From a virus (taxonomy: Duplodnaviria > Caudoviricetes), in IMG/VR virus record IMGVR_UViG_3300006115_000009, positions 14,903-78,902 of that record: 64,000 nucleotides of DNA, one strand, 5' to 3'. This document shows, piece by piece, positions 1-9,396 of the stretch. Made by a program: the position numbers and the translations under genes. Position 1 is the first letter of the stretch; every line of letters starts with the position of its first letter. Below the pieces are notes generated by a model. It was given only the letters and a program-made list of their open reading frames with translations, was not told where the DNA came from and did not search any database.

Positions 1-703
1 GGAACATCCACTCGGAGTTCTCAACGGGCTCAGCGACGTTGGACTCAACCAAGTCGATAAGCATGTCAAGGCTGCCAAGCGCAAGTTGGCCACCGGCCAT
101 GTCAATGGCGTTCTGGTCAATTCCGTCAGTCCACGGGTTGAACGAGGGGTAACCCCAACCGGCTGACGTGTTGGCGCCACCGTAGTTGTCGATTGTACCG
201 CCACCGACACCCGTTGTAGGGCCACCAGTTGAAGCGTTCGAGAAGGATGAGCAGATAACGTCAAGACCGTCGAACTGCGGGTACGCGCCACCAGAGGTAG
301 GTGCCTCGGCACCCCACAGGATAGCGGTCTCCAAGTCCCAGTAAAGACCGCGGGCAGCACCCTCGATTTCACGGGCACGCAGGTCACCAATCAGGTCTGC
401 GGTAACAGCCTGTGAGTAACCGGTGACAGCACCGACGCTCTGGAGCAGACGAATCTGGAAGTTCTCCTGGGCGTAGTTAGAAGTTGAAACAGCGCGAGCA
501 CCACCGTCGGTTACGAAACCGCCCGAAGGAAGCGTTGTACGCTTGTTGAAGTAGTAAACAGTGGAGCCCCACTTGACCGTTGGCAGCGAGCGAACGAGCG
601 GCGCGTAGCGACGCTGGTACTCAAGCAAAACCGGGTCAATCTGCTTTTGTACGAGTGCAGCAGCACCCGCGGCAGTAAGGGCCTCTTCCAAGTCATTAGC
701 CAT
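1..703 (-). CDS. major capsid protein (3' end runs off window)
   Basis: Manual translation MANDLEEALTAAGAAALVQKQIDPVLLEYQRRYAPLVRSLPTVKWGSTVYYFNKRTT..., AAGGAG RBS, open to window start; directly downstream of protease/scaffold in head-gene order. Confidence 0.8.
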   Translation of the reverse strand, partial: MANDLEEALTAAGAAALVQKQIDPVLLEYQRRYAPLVRSLPTVKWGSTVYYFNKRTTLPSGGFVTDGGARAVSTSNYAQENFQIRLLQSVGAVTGYSQAVTADLIGDLRAREIEGAARGLYWDLETAILWGAEAPTSGGAYPQFDGLDVICSSFSNASTGGPTTGVGGGTIDNYGGANTSAGWGYPSFNPWTDGIDQNAIDMAGGQLALGSLDMLIDLVESNVAEPVENSEWMF

Positions 704-753
704 GATGGCGTTCTCCTTATTGGATTTGGTTAGTTGGTTGGTTGGTTAATTGC

Positions 754-3081
754 TTAGAAGCCGCGGTCGGCTTGAGCAAACTTGTTTTGAAAGAATGGAG
801 TTGAACCCCATGCTTCTACCTGGGCACGACGGAACGCAGCAGAGTTCATCTCGGCAAGCGCACGTGGGTCCAGTTCCTCCGACTCTGACAGGTCAGAGGC
901 GTCGTTTCCGGTTGAGCCACCGACAAGACCCTTGCGGAAAGTGGTTGTACCACTCCGGTAGGACTCAACGGCACTCTTTTGGGCGGCGGCAACGGCTTCG
1001 GTGGCGGCCTTAGCGGCGGCCTCCGCAATCATTGCGGCAACCTGGTCGGCTGTGAAAACATTTTCAGACACAATGGTCTCCTTTTGTTCGATTGATTCTT
1101 CGGCGGCAACCTCAGCGGCGGCTTCCTCTTCCTCAGCGGCGGGCTCTGCGGCCACTTCCACTTCGGTGGGAGTTTCAGCCTCGGCTTCAGCCTCGGGCTC
1201 GGATTCTGTGGCCTTTGATTGGGCGGCAAGAATAAAGCCGGCCAAAGCCTTCAAGTCTGCGTCACTCATGGTGCGGGTAGCAGTCGATTCCTCGGCAGCA
1301 ACCTCAACCGGAGCATCGGCAGTTGTGATTTCGTCAGACACTTCTGACTCCTTATCTTCAGTTGGGGCATTGTCTACTGACTCTGCCTGTGGTACGGGAT
1401 TGCCGCAAGTAGGGCAATACATGGCGTCTTGAGGAGCAGTCTCTCCGCAAGAAGCGCACTCTGGCGCGCTGCTGCTGGGCGTAGCGGAAACTACAGCACC
1501 GCAGTTGGAGCAGAACATTGCGTCCTCAGCGCATTCCATATTGCACTCGGGGCAACTAAGACCCGTAGTGTTCGAAATTGGAGAAAGTTTTGCGCCGCAA
1601 AGGTGGCAGAATTCGGAACTCTCTGAGCACTCGGCTCCGCAAGAAGCGCACTCCATGTTGTTGTCGTCTGGTTGCATTTCGTCGTCATCCTCTGGCCCCA
1701 TGCCGCTAGCATCGCCAGTAGCATCTACCTGTGACCAGTCAGGCTTAGAAAGGTAAATATCGCCGTCGTCGTCCGGGTCAATTGCGTGCATGGCAGCAAT
1801 TGCTCCAAAAGCGATGCGGTTTGCTACGACCTTGAGCAAGTGCGGGTCTTGTGTGTAGCCGGTGATGTTGATGCTGTCCATGTCATTGTTCAGAGCAATC
1901 GAAGCGTAAGCCTCGAGAACTGACTCAATGTCCATTGCGAGGGCTTCTTGCTCGCTCACAATGTTGATTCCGAACTTCTTGGCGGCAGACTTAATGCGCG
2001 ACTTAATGCGAGCAAGTTGGGCCGAGGTGTAAAGGTTGGCGTTGTCGCCTTGGTTGATGTATGACCAAGCGGCGCGAACGTGAGCAGCCGTGTTAATCGG
2101 GTAACGCTTCTTCTTGTCCTTCTGGTAACCAGGGTCAGCGTAAGCAACGTCGCCGTAAGGCTTCTTGGGTTCCTTGGCTTCAGCCAATTGCTCAAGAGCG
2201 GAGAAGGTCTCAACAACCTCTGCTTCGTCTACTGATTCGAAGACTGAGAGACGGCTGTTGGCAGATTCAGCAAGTTGTGCGTACTGTACTTCCGCACCTT
2301 CGACGCCGGGGCTGTTGGTGAAGTCAACGCCGTGAATGGCAAGGTCGTCAGCAGTCGTGGCCTCTTCGCCGTCCGAGTGCAGAGTTGTACGGGGCTCGCC
2401 CATCCACTCGCCGCGGATTGAAATGCCCTTAATAAACTTGCCGGCAGCGAGGTTGGCAATGTCACGGCCATACGTCGTATTGGCAATGTCAGCCTCAAAA
2501 GCGGCCGAGCCGTCAGGCATCAGGCTTACCTTAGTGATACGGCCTACTGTTGACGTAGCGTCATCCTTGAAGGCCGCTGCGTGGCTTGTAGCCATGTTCA
2601 GGGGCATTCCCTCGCCGCTTGCCAACTGCTGGCTCATGCGCTCAACAGCCTTAGCAATGTTGTTCTTTGTGTAAAGTCGACGGTTCTTAGAAACACCGGG
2701 CTTTAGGAAAATGCCGCGAATTGTTGCTGCCTTGGTTGAGGCCATTTCTTCAATCTCCCAGGATTCTTTGGCATTCAGTTGACGCATAATCCCGTTGACC
2801 CAAGAGCGGCCTGCATCTCCACCCCAACCGAGCCAAGCAATGTAGCCAGCGGAAGGATTGGATTGGTTTGCCCAGTCCTTACCCTTCTTGTCAACTTCGT
2901 GACGGGCAAAGTATGAGTGCATGCGCTTAATGGTGTCAGCGGAAATGTGCTTACCATTGGACAAGTCTCGAGCGCGCGCAACACCTACGGCGGTCATACC
3001 GCGACCGTGCTTCTTGCGAAGTTCCAGCGAGCGCGCAGCGTTCTTTCTAACTTGTTCGGGTGGTGAGAAACCGTCTGCCAT
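754..3081 (-). CDS. prohead protease/scaffold fusion with extra domains
   Basis: Protease-like region (PGVSKNRRLYT...SHAAAF...KGISIRG), KKRYPINTAAHVRAAWSYI domain, repeated CxxC zinc ribbons, acidic Ala/Glu tail; between portal and capsid. Confidence 0.7.
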   Translation of the reverse strand: MADGFSPPEQVRKNAARSLELRKKHGRGMTAVGVARARDLSNGKHISADTIKRMHSYFARHEVDKKGKDWANQSNPSAGYIAWLGWGGDAGRSWVNGIMRQLNAKESWEIEEMASTKAATIRGIFLKPGVSKNRRLYTKNNIAKAVERMSQQLASGEGMPLNMATSHAAAFKDDATSTVGRITKVSLMPDGSAAFEADIANTTYGRDIANLAAGKFIKGISIRGEWMGEPRTTLHSDGEEATTADDLAIHGVDFTNSPGVEGAEVQYAQLAESANSRLSVFESVDEAEVVETFSALEQLAEAKEPKKPYGDVAYADPGYQKDKKKRYPINTAAHVRAAWSYINQGDNANLYTSAQLARIKSRIKSAAKKFGINIVSEQEALAMDIESVLEAYASIALNNDMDSINITGYTQDPHLLKVVANRIAFGAIAAMHAIDPDDDGDIYLSKPDWSQVDATGDASGMGPEDDDEMQPDDNNMECASCGAECSESSEFCHLCGAKLSPISNTTGLSCPECNMECAEDAMFCSNCGAVVSATPSSSAPECASCGETAPQDAMYCPTCGNPVPQAESVDNAPTEDKESEVSDEITTADAPVEVAAEESTATRTMSDADLKALAGFILAAQSKATESEPEAEAEAETPTEVEVAAEPAAEEEEAAAEVAAEESIEQKETIVSENVFTADQVAAMIAEAAAKAATEAVAAAQKSAVESYRSGTTTFRKGLVGGSTGNDASDLSESEELDPRALAEMNSAAFRRAQVEAWGSTPFFQNKFAQADRGF

Positions 3082-3093
3082 AATTTTTATTTT

Positions 3094-3576
3094 CTATCTT
3101 GGTGTGTACCGCTTGCCGCGATACTTCCAGTGGCTCAACTGCTTCATGCGGTGCGAGCGTTTAAATAGTCGTTTTTTAAAGGAGCCTTTGCGCGGGGCTC
3201 CCCACGCAGTCCTTCCCATGTAGCGTCCAGGGGAAAGTTGCTTCTTAAATTTCTTCGGGATACCAGAAATGCGAAGTTTGCGCATTTTCGCCCTTTTTTC
3301 GTATCGCATAAAGCGAACACCAAGCGGGTGAGTGTGCTCAAAAGCAATTTCTGCGTATCCATAACTGCGACGAGAAGAGGATGATTCGCGACTCTTTGCA
3401 GTTGAGCGACGGTGACCGTGATACGGAACAGACTTGGTGTGACGCATCTGTCCGCGTGCAGCACGCGCTTTTTGTAAGTTAAGACGTTCTGCCGCTAACT
3501 GAGAGGCAGTTTGAGAACCGGCTGGGTACTTTTTGTGTACCTCGTAAGCACCGGCGCGACCTAAGTAGTTGCCCAT
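3094..3576 (-). CDS. highly basic Lys/Arg/His-rich hypothetical protein
   Basis: 160 aa ORF coupled to neighbours in the head operon. Confidence 0.6.
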   Translation of the reverse strand: MGNYLGRAGAYEVHKKYPAGSQTASQLAAERLNLQKARAARGQMRHTKSVPYHGHRRSTAKSRESSSSRRSYGYAEIAFEHTHPLGVRFMRYEKRAKMRKLRISGIPKKFKKQLSPGRYMGRTAWGAPRKGSFKKRLFKRSHRMKQLSHWKYRGKRYTPR

Positions 3577-3698
3577 TAGCCAACTTCTTTGCTAACGAGA
3601 GCAGCCGCCTTTTCAGCAGTCATTCCAGTAAAAGGAACTACGGGTTCGCCATCGCTGTAGAAAGGAACGCCGTTAATTTCAATCGGAGTTTGTGACAT
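3576..3698 (-). CDS. 40 aa hypothetical protein
   Basis: MSQTPIEINGVPFYSDGEPVVPFTGMTAEKAAALVSKEVG; TAATG overlaps at both ends. Confidence 0.55.
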   Translation of the reverse strand: MSQTPIEINGVPFYSDGEPVVPFTGMTAEKAAALVSKEVG

Positions 3699-5245
3699 TA
3701 TTCGGTTCCAGACGGTGGAGTTGGTGCCTTAAGGGGCGTTTCTGCCTGACTCGTCTTGCCACCGGACTTTTGCTTGTTAGCCTTGTCCTTGGCGGTTCGA
3801 GTTGTTGTCTTTGTAACGTTTGGCTGCGGATTTACCGTTGGCGCCACGGGGGCGTTCTTGGTAACAGCAGAACCTTCGCTGTCGGTTCCCATTCCCATTG
3901 CGGCGCCTTGGCTCTGAACAACGGCAAGGTTGGCCTTAGAAAGAGCACCCAAGTCAGCCCACAGAACCATGTTCTGACGGTCAATAAGAACAGCGTCGTC
4001 GCCACCCTCAACAGGGGGCTCACCAATGTCTGCGCGGGCCTTGTTAAGAGTCCACGAACCATTGCGGATTCGCTGGTCACGAATTGTTTCGATAACTTCG
4101 TCGTCACGCCAGTCGACAACACCAAACTTAAGAATCCAGTCGGTAATGCCGTATGCCTGGTACATCAAAGCAAACGAGAACTTCTCAAGAACGAGTTCTT
4201 GGATGGGACCAACGGTGTTAACGCGGAAGGTTTTGTCTTGCGACGTACCAGTTCCACCACCGATGTTACCTGACTCAACAACGCCCACCTTTGACGGAGG
4301 CACACCGTAGCCGGAAAGAATTTCGTCACGACGCTGCTGAAGAGTGTTCAACCAATTAGTAATTTGGTTGGTGCCCATTTCCTGGACCATTGCGCCACCC
4401 TTGGTCTCAAACAAGTTACCAATGTTGCGCGCACCCAGGTTGCGAATAGCGTATTGTTGCTGGAGACGCTTCATTTCCGATTCGGGAAGAGCGAGAGGCC
4501 AGTCAACGTGAGCGCGCATGGGGTCACCGCGCTTCATCGTTTCCTTAATCAAGGCAGCAGTAAAGAGCCAAGACGTAATAGGAAGAATGTTCTTTTGCGT
4601 AGGAGACACACCGTACAGAGTGTCACCAGGCGAGTCAAACTTAACGTGGATAACCTCGTTAGGCTTAAAGTGAGCAATGCGGTTAGTGGGCGTCTTTTGG
4701 ACGTACCCTTTAATAACACCGTGCTCGTCGGAAAGAACGGTCATCGTTGTGGGGTCAAGCGGGTAGAGCGCAACAGGCTCACCCATAACCCAAACAACTT
4801 CAGTGAAAGAGTCGCCGAAAATAAGAAGGTCGGTAATAACCGCACGCATCAATTGGCGAATGTCGTCGTGAGGATTCACGTACTTTAGAAGAGCCTGAAC
4901 CTTTTTAACAGCGTCGGGAGCCTCTGGAGTCTTCTTAGCGCCAGTAACACCGCCGTCGTAAATCACCTCGAGACCACCAGCAGTGGCGGTACGAGCGATT
5001 GTGTCAATTGAGGCAGAAGCCCACGTGCAAGCCAAGTAAGCCTGCAAGAGTTGCTGCATAAACGTTGGGCGGTCAAGAGTACCGGCCGTGACGTTTTGCC
5101 CCGGATTTACTTCAGTGGTTCCGCCGATGGGAACGCCAGTAGCGTAACCAGCACGCTTGGGGCTGCTCTTTGGACGTGCTTCGGCAATTGCCTCATACGC
5201 GGAGAACGTCTCTTCTATTCCCTTTTTAAAAGATGAAAAAGCCAT
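3698..5245 (-). CDS. portal protein
   Basis: 515 aa, HK97-like portal motifs (DLLIFGDSF, LYPLDP, YGVSP, YGVPPSKVG, TLNKARADIGEPP); follows TerL. Confidence 0.85.
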   Translation of the reverse strand: MAFSSFKKGIEETFSAYEAIAEARPKSSPKRAGYATGVPIGGTTEVNPGQNVTAGTLDRPTFMQQLLQAYLACTWASASIDTIARTATAGGLEVIYDGGVTGAKKTPEAPDAVKKVQALLKYVNPHDDIRQLMRAVITDLLIFGDSFTEVVWVMGEPVALYPLDPTTMTVLSDEHGVIKGYVQKTPTNRIAHFKPNEVIHVKFDSPGDTLYGVSPTQKNILPITSWLFTAALIKETMKRGDPMRAHVDWPLALPESEMKRLQQQYAIRNLGARNIGNLFETKGGAMVQEMGTNQITNWLNTLQQRRDEILSGYGVPPSKVGVVESGNIGGGTGTSQDKTFRVNTVGPIQELVLEKFSFALMYQAYGITDWILKFGVVDWRDDEVIETIRDQRIRNGSWTLNKARADIGEPPVEGGDDAVLIDRQNMVLWADLGALSKANLAVVQSQGAAMGMGTDSEGSAVTKNAPVAPTVNPQPNVTKTTTRTAKDKANKQKSGGKTSQAETPLKAPTPPSGTE

Positions 5246-5248
5246 CGG

Positions 5249-6781
5249 TTATCTTTCGTAAAAGGGACTCAGCCCAAGGTCTCCTACAAATTTACTGCCA
5301 AAATTGGGCATTGGCAAGGATTCGGCTACTTCCTCTCGCCCCATTACCATTGTGTCCGGAAGGCCAGTAGCAAAAACGGGAGACGATTCATAAATGACAG
5401 GTCGAGCGTAATTGCCGGCGTACATACAAACATAACGAAGGGCGTCTGCAAGGTGGTCATCCACGTTGCGCGTCTCAGCGTCGTCAGGTTTTGAGGCGCT
5501 TCGGGGCAAAGCCGGAATCTGCTCAATAAACTGCGGGCACTTCTCTTCAAAAACGTGAAGCATTGGGCATTTCTCAAGACCCATTTGCTTGTGATATTCA
5601 CAAGCGGGGCCGTCGTTGAGATACTGATGAACAATAGACCAGCCAATAATGCGGTCGTTGTCTGCCTTAATAATACCGCAACCATTCTGGCCATAAATGT
5701 CAGCGATGGAAAGCGGTGTACCGCGATTACCCCACATAGAGGGGTCTGCAACGCGAATTACATCTTTTTCGCCGTGTGAGCGTTCTGTCTCCACAATAAT
5801 CTTGGCTTGGTCGTCGTTTTGGACGCCAGACACACAGATTTCGCGGTAAACCCAAATACGCCCGTCGTTGTCGACGGCAATCCAAACAACAGCGTAAGGG
5901 TCCCGGTAGCCCCAGTCAATCCCCGCATATCGCTGCCATTCTGGCGGCAAATCGAAGGCGGGAACAACGTGCTTAGAGAACTGCCATTGTTCAAAGAATT
6001 GACCGACCATTGCATCCCAGTCACCGTCACGCATAGCAGCGCGGCGGCGGGGGTCTGGAATCGCATTAAGAACCGCTTCGTAATTTTCGTTAACGTGCGG
6101 GTTGTCGGTAACTTTAGCGGGAATGAACGCAACGGTTCGAGTCCACTTAGTGTCGTTAATCTGTTCGGTATAAAGTTGCTTGCCGCGCTTCGTCGGGTTG
6201 ATGAAGCGGTCCTTAAGGTACTTGTGGCCCACGCCACCAGGGTTGGTAGCAAGGCGCAAGCCGATTACAGGAACAAGTTTATTACCGGAACGAAGACGCT
6301 CTTCAATGTGCTGGATAACTGCCGGCAACATCTGTGAGGCTTCGTCAATGTAGAAAGCCTGGTACTCACCACCGAGGATTCGGGATGCGTCAACAAGGTT
6401 TTCTGCGTAGGTGAAGTTGATGATTGAGTTGTTAGCGAACTTCAAGACCTTGTTGGTCGAGTTCCACTTTGCGCCCAAATCACGGCCGTAATTCCACTTA
6501 GCCAACTGTGAAAGAAAGGATTCTTCCAACTCGGGGTAAGAACGACGGAAACAGCCAATTCGCATTCCCGGATAGTTAGCAGCGTTGTATAACGCGTCCA
6601 TCAAGAATGCAGCGGTTTTACCACCACCAGCAGCACCACCATACAAAATGGCGTCAATGCGCTCGGCAGAGGCTTCGTGAAATGCTACCTGCCTTGGAGT
6701 TGGTTCATAGCCAAGAATGCCAAAAACATCTACCTTCGGCGGTTGAACCGAATCGGATATGAACTTGCCAAAACTGGACAT
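5249..6781 (-). CDS. terL: terminase large subunit
   Basis: YGGAAGGGKT Walker A, FYIDEAS Walker B, LATNPGG, GIDWGYRDP nuclease motif, DDHLADALRY. Confidence 0.92.
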   Translation of the reverse strand: MSSFGKFISDSVQPPKVDVFGILGYEPTPRQVAFHEASAERIDAILYGGAAGGGKTAAFLMDALYNAANYPGMRIGCFRRSYPELEESFLSQLAKWNYGRDLGAKWNSTNKVLKFANNSIINFTYAENLVDASRILGGEYQAFYIDEASQMLPAVIQHIEERLRSGNKLVPVIGLRLATNPGGVGHKYLKDRFINPTKRGKQLYTEQINDTKWTRTVAFIPAKVTDNPHVNENYEAVLNAIPDPRRRAAMRDGDWDAMVGQFFEQWQFSKHVVPAFDLPPEWQRYAGIDWGYRDPYAVVWIAVDNDGRIWVYREICVSGVQNDDQAKIIVETERSHGEKDVIRVADPSMWGNRGTPLSIADIYGQNGCGIIKADNDRIIGWSIVHQYLNDGPACEYHKQMGLEKCPMLHVFEEKCPQFIEQIPALPRSASKPDDAETRNVDDHLADALRYVCMYAGNYARPVIYESSPVFATGLPDTMVMGREEVAESLPMPNFGSKFVGDLGLSPFYER

Positions 6782-7062
6782 TACTTAAACCAAAGTACAA
6801 AAGACCAAGCGACACCAAAAATAGTTGCTACGCCAACAGAAACCGCGCACATGCTACGGAGAAAGGCGTTTGATTCAATTGCGCGAATAATGGATGCTTC
6901 ACGCTGTAGGGCAAGTCGGCTTGCGGCGTCGTGAAGTGCCATTAACTTTTCGTAGCGTTCGTTTCCCAAGGCTTCTCGCGCCTCAATTTCTTCGGTACCA
7001 ACAATGTTGCTCAATCCAGCAACGAGTTGTTCAAAGTTGTCGTTTTCATTTTCGCTGGGCAT
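6781..7062 (-). CDS. hypothetical protein with C-terminal TM helix
   Basis: 93 aa, hydrophobic C-terminus, coupled to TerL. Confidence 0.55.
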   Translation of the reverse strand: MPSENENDNFEQLVAGLSNIVGTEEIEAREALGNERYEKLMALHDAASRLALQREASIIRAIESNAFLRSMCAVSVGVATIFGVAWSFVLWFK

Positions 7063-7071
7063 AAATGCTCC

Positions 7072-7272
7072 TTAAAAGAGGAAGTTATCAACGTCATCGT
7101 TAGACATGAGACGCCTTATAAACTCGTCGTGCGCTTCCCATTGTAAATCAACGGGTAGTTTCCTCATCAGCGAAATCTGCCATTTTTCAAAACCTAGAGT
7201 CGTTAACTCTTCGGTCGTTGGCATACAATTGCACACCTCTGGGGGTACACAATGATGGCGACTATTACTCAT
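7072..7272 (-). CDS. hypothetical protein
   Basis: 66 aa ORF in operon orientation. Confidence 0.5.
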   Translation of the reverse strand: MSNSRHHCVPPEVCNCMPTTEELTTLGFEKWQISLMRKLPVDLQWEAHDEFIRRLMSNDDVDNFLF

Positions 7273-7297
7273 AAGGATACGCGCACTTTCTATAAAG

Positions 7298-7888
7298 TCA
7301 AGTATTTGACCTCTGGTGGCGCGCTGGCGGCTGCTCGGTGACGAGCGGGATGCCTTCGGAAGAGACTAAAGCGCGCTTATAAGCCTTCCAGCGAAAGCGG
7401 TCTGGCGCTCCATTGTCAATCCAATCCTTGTAGCAATCGATGCACATCGCTGTTTTAACAGCAGGAAGAATTACGCAGATTTCGCAAGGTTCACTGTCCG
7501 TGATTTTCTTCTTGCGCTCAACCACCTCGTCCATCGCATTGATGATTTCGTGGATTTGGCGGAGGTTTTCTTCGGAGTCGATAATCTTGCGCTCAATGCG
7601 CTTTACTGATTCTCGAACAGGGTCGTAAAGAGTTCCGCCCTTTTGCTCCCTCGCGATAACGGCGCGCTCCACAGACGAGGAGTCTGCTCGGCTGCCGGAG
7701 CGGGAAACGGCAAAACTTGAACCACCCGAAATGTGGGTTATTTCAATTTGGTCTCGACGGACCAATTCTTCTAGGATTTCAGCGCGGAGTCGGTTAGCAA
7801 ATTTGTTTATGTTTTCTAAACTTTCCAGCATTCGCTTCAAACGTTGTTGCGAACGGCGGTTTAATTTGCTGGGCACCCAAGCCTCCAA
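7298..7888 (-). CDS. hypothetical protein with C-terminal CxxC-CxxC zinc motif
   Basis: CEICVILP...CIDC; start uncertain. Confidence 0.55.
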   Translation of the reverse strand: MEAWVPSKLNRRSQQRLKRMLESLENINKFANRLRAEILEELVRRDQIEITHISGGSSFAVSRSGSRADSSSVERAVIAREQKGGTLYDPVRESVKRIERKIIDSEENLRQIHEIINAMDEVVERKKKITDSEPCEICVILPAVKTAMCIDCYKDWIDNGAPDRFRWKAYKRALVSSEGIPLVTEQPPARHQRSNT

Positions 7889-7952
7889 AAATCAAAGGGG
7901 CGCCGACATGGCGCCCACCTTGAATCTAGATTTGCACAGGGCTAAGGTAAAG

Positions 7953-8276
7953 TCAAGGATTTGTTGACTTCAGCAACTTCACGAATGACTCGAGAGACAT
8001 GGTGACGTAAGCCTTGCTAACGTTTTTGCGAGCGCGCTTGTGTACAACTGCCCACAACTTTTTTGCCTTAGAGCCGGCGACTTCTGCTTGGTCGCACCAT
8101 TCGGAAAGCGCCATTGCCTTGTGATTCTTTGCTTCCAAGACAATTGGCAGGTTCTTAATATCGCCAAGGTCCATCTGCGCGCTTCCGTAACGCTCTGCGT
8201 CGGGAAAACCGTTGTCGTTAAGGTAGCGAACTACCTCGGTTTCGAAACTGGTTCCTTTTTGGCGGGCCTTGGACAC
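7953..8276 (-). CDS. Holliday junction resolvase-like PD-(D/E)xK nuclease
   Basis: KGTSFETEVVRYL...GDI...VLEAKN pattern typical of actinophage resolvases. Confidence 0.7.
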   Translation of the reverse strand: MSKARQKGTSFETEVVRYLNDNGFPDAERYGSAQMDLGDIKNLPIVLEAKNHKAMALSEWCDQAEVAGSKAKKLWAVVHKRARKNVSKAYVTMSLESFVKLLKSTNP

Positions 8277-8279
8277 TTG

Positions 8280-8531
8280 CTACTGCTTCAGTTCTTCAAT
8301 GAATTTGGCAACGCCGTGCCACAGAAGATTAAAAGGCCACGCGGCGGATGTAAGAAAAGCGCTTTGGAGATAGGAGCCCTGGTCGAAAGTAAGCGGCTCT
8401 TCGCCTTCTTCAAGCGCCTCGTTTAAACGCTCTGTCAAAATCTTTGCCCTGCGAATTAGTTGCGCGTAACGCAAAAATAAAGCAACACAACAAAATGCGT
8501 AAACGGCCAGCACGGCCAAGATGGTTGTCAT
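8280..8531 (-). CDS. membrane protein
   Basis: Hydrophobic N- and C-terminal segments. Confidence 0.5.
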   Translation of the reverse strand: MTTILAVLAVYAFCCVALFLRYAQLIRRAKILTERLNEALEEGEEPLTFDQGSYLQSAFLTSAAWPFNLLWHGVAKFIEELKQ

Positions 8532-8728
8532 TCTTTCACCTTTGATAACTCTTTTTTGTATGCTGCGGCAGTAGCCCAGGCAAGGTTGAGTCTAGCACAC
8601 AGCCACTCAACGTCGCAACTAATTTGGTCGAGCAGGTCGGTGATGATTGGATTGACGCCTTCCAACCCATAAATGATATGGGAGCGCTCGATGATGGCGA
8701 TTACTCGCTCTTCCTCAAGGTGCGTCAT
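8528..8728 (-). CDS. hypothetical protein
   Basis: 66 aa, ATGA overlap with downstream gene. Confidence 0.5.
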   Translation of the reverse strand: MTHLEEERVIAIIERSHIIYGLEGVNPIITDLLDQISCDVEWLCARLNLAWATAAAYKKELSKVKE

Positions 8729-8896
8729 GTGTCCACCCGTCGAATTCCAACGAGATTGGACGGTCGCAAATAATGCAGAAGTCGCTCAATTCGCCCGTGC
8801 GAAAAGTTGGCGCAGCCTCGTGCGGCTCACCGTTGACTTCTGTGAAGATACCCATAAAACAAGCGTACACCTGCCCCCGCCAAAATCAACGATTAC

Positions 8897-8925
8897 TTGA
8901 CACCGCGCAAAAAAATGTGTAGTCT
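8897..8925 (+). promoter_or_regulatory. sigma-A/70-type promoter
   Basis: TTGACA-17 bp-TAGTCT upstream of ORF 8962 and the tRNAs. Confidence 0.7.
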
Positions 8926-8961
8926 CTTGAGGCGGAAACTCCGCACCCTATAGGAGTAACA

Positions 8962-9213
8962 ATGACTAATACGTCAGCAATTTTGGCCATCGCTGCGTCT
9001 TGGCTGGGTACCGCCGGTGGCGGCGTCACCCTGTTTATCAAGACAGTGAAGAAGTACGAGGCAGAGGCAATTAAATACCTCAACGAGATTGACAACTTGG
9101 TTAACGAGGTTCAGGCTTTGACCGACCAAGTTACAAAGGCAATCCCCGCCCCTGCGCCCGCTCCCGCTAAGGCAGTGGCAAAGAAGGCTCCCGCTAAGCG
9201 CAACCTGCGCTAA
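8962..9213 (+). CDS. hypothetical protein (TM helix, coiled coil, PAPA/K-rich tail)
   Basis: 83 aa with AGGAG RBS. Confidence 0.6.
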   Translation: MTNTSAILAIAASWLGTAGGGVTLFIKTVKKYEAEAIKYLNEIDNLVNEVQALTDQVTKAIPAPAPAPAKAVAKKAPAKRNLR

Positions 9214-9243
9214 ATAGCGGTGCTGCCGTAAGTGGCAGCATGT

Positions 9244-9318
9244 TCCGGGGTAGTTCAGTGGCAGAACAACCGACTGTTAATCGGTATGTCGCAGGTTCGA
9301 CCCCTGCCCCCGGAGCCA
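9244..9318 (+). tRNA. trnN: tRNA-Asn(GTT)
   Basis: Cloverleaf TCCGGGG/CCCCGGA, anticodon loop CTGTTAA, GTTCGAC T-loop, encoded CCA. Confidence 0.92.
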
Positions 9319-9321
9319 CTG

Positions 9322-9396
9322 TGAGGGATGGTGTAATTGGCAACACAGGAGGTTTTGGTCCTCTCGTTCTGGGTTCGAGTCCTAGTCCCTCAGCCA
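9322..9396 (+). tRNA. trnQ: tRNA-Gln(TTG)
   Basis: TGAGGGA/TCCCTCA acceptor, loop TTTTGGT, GTTCGAG, encoded CCA. Confidence 0.9.

Noticed and set aside
9240-9395. N-terminal extension of the dNMP kinase ORF
   Set aside because: It runs through two well-formed tRNA genes; kinase homology begins at 9396
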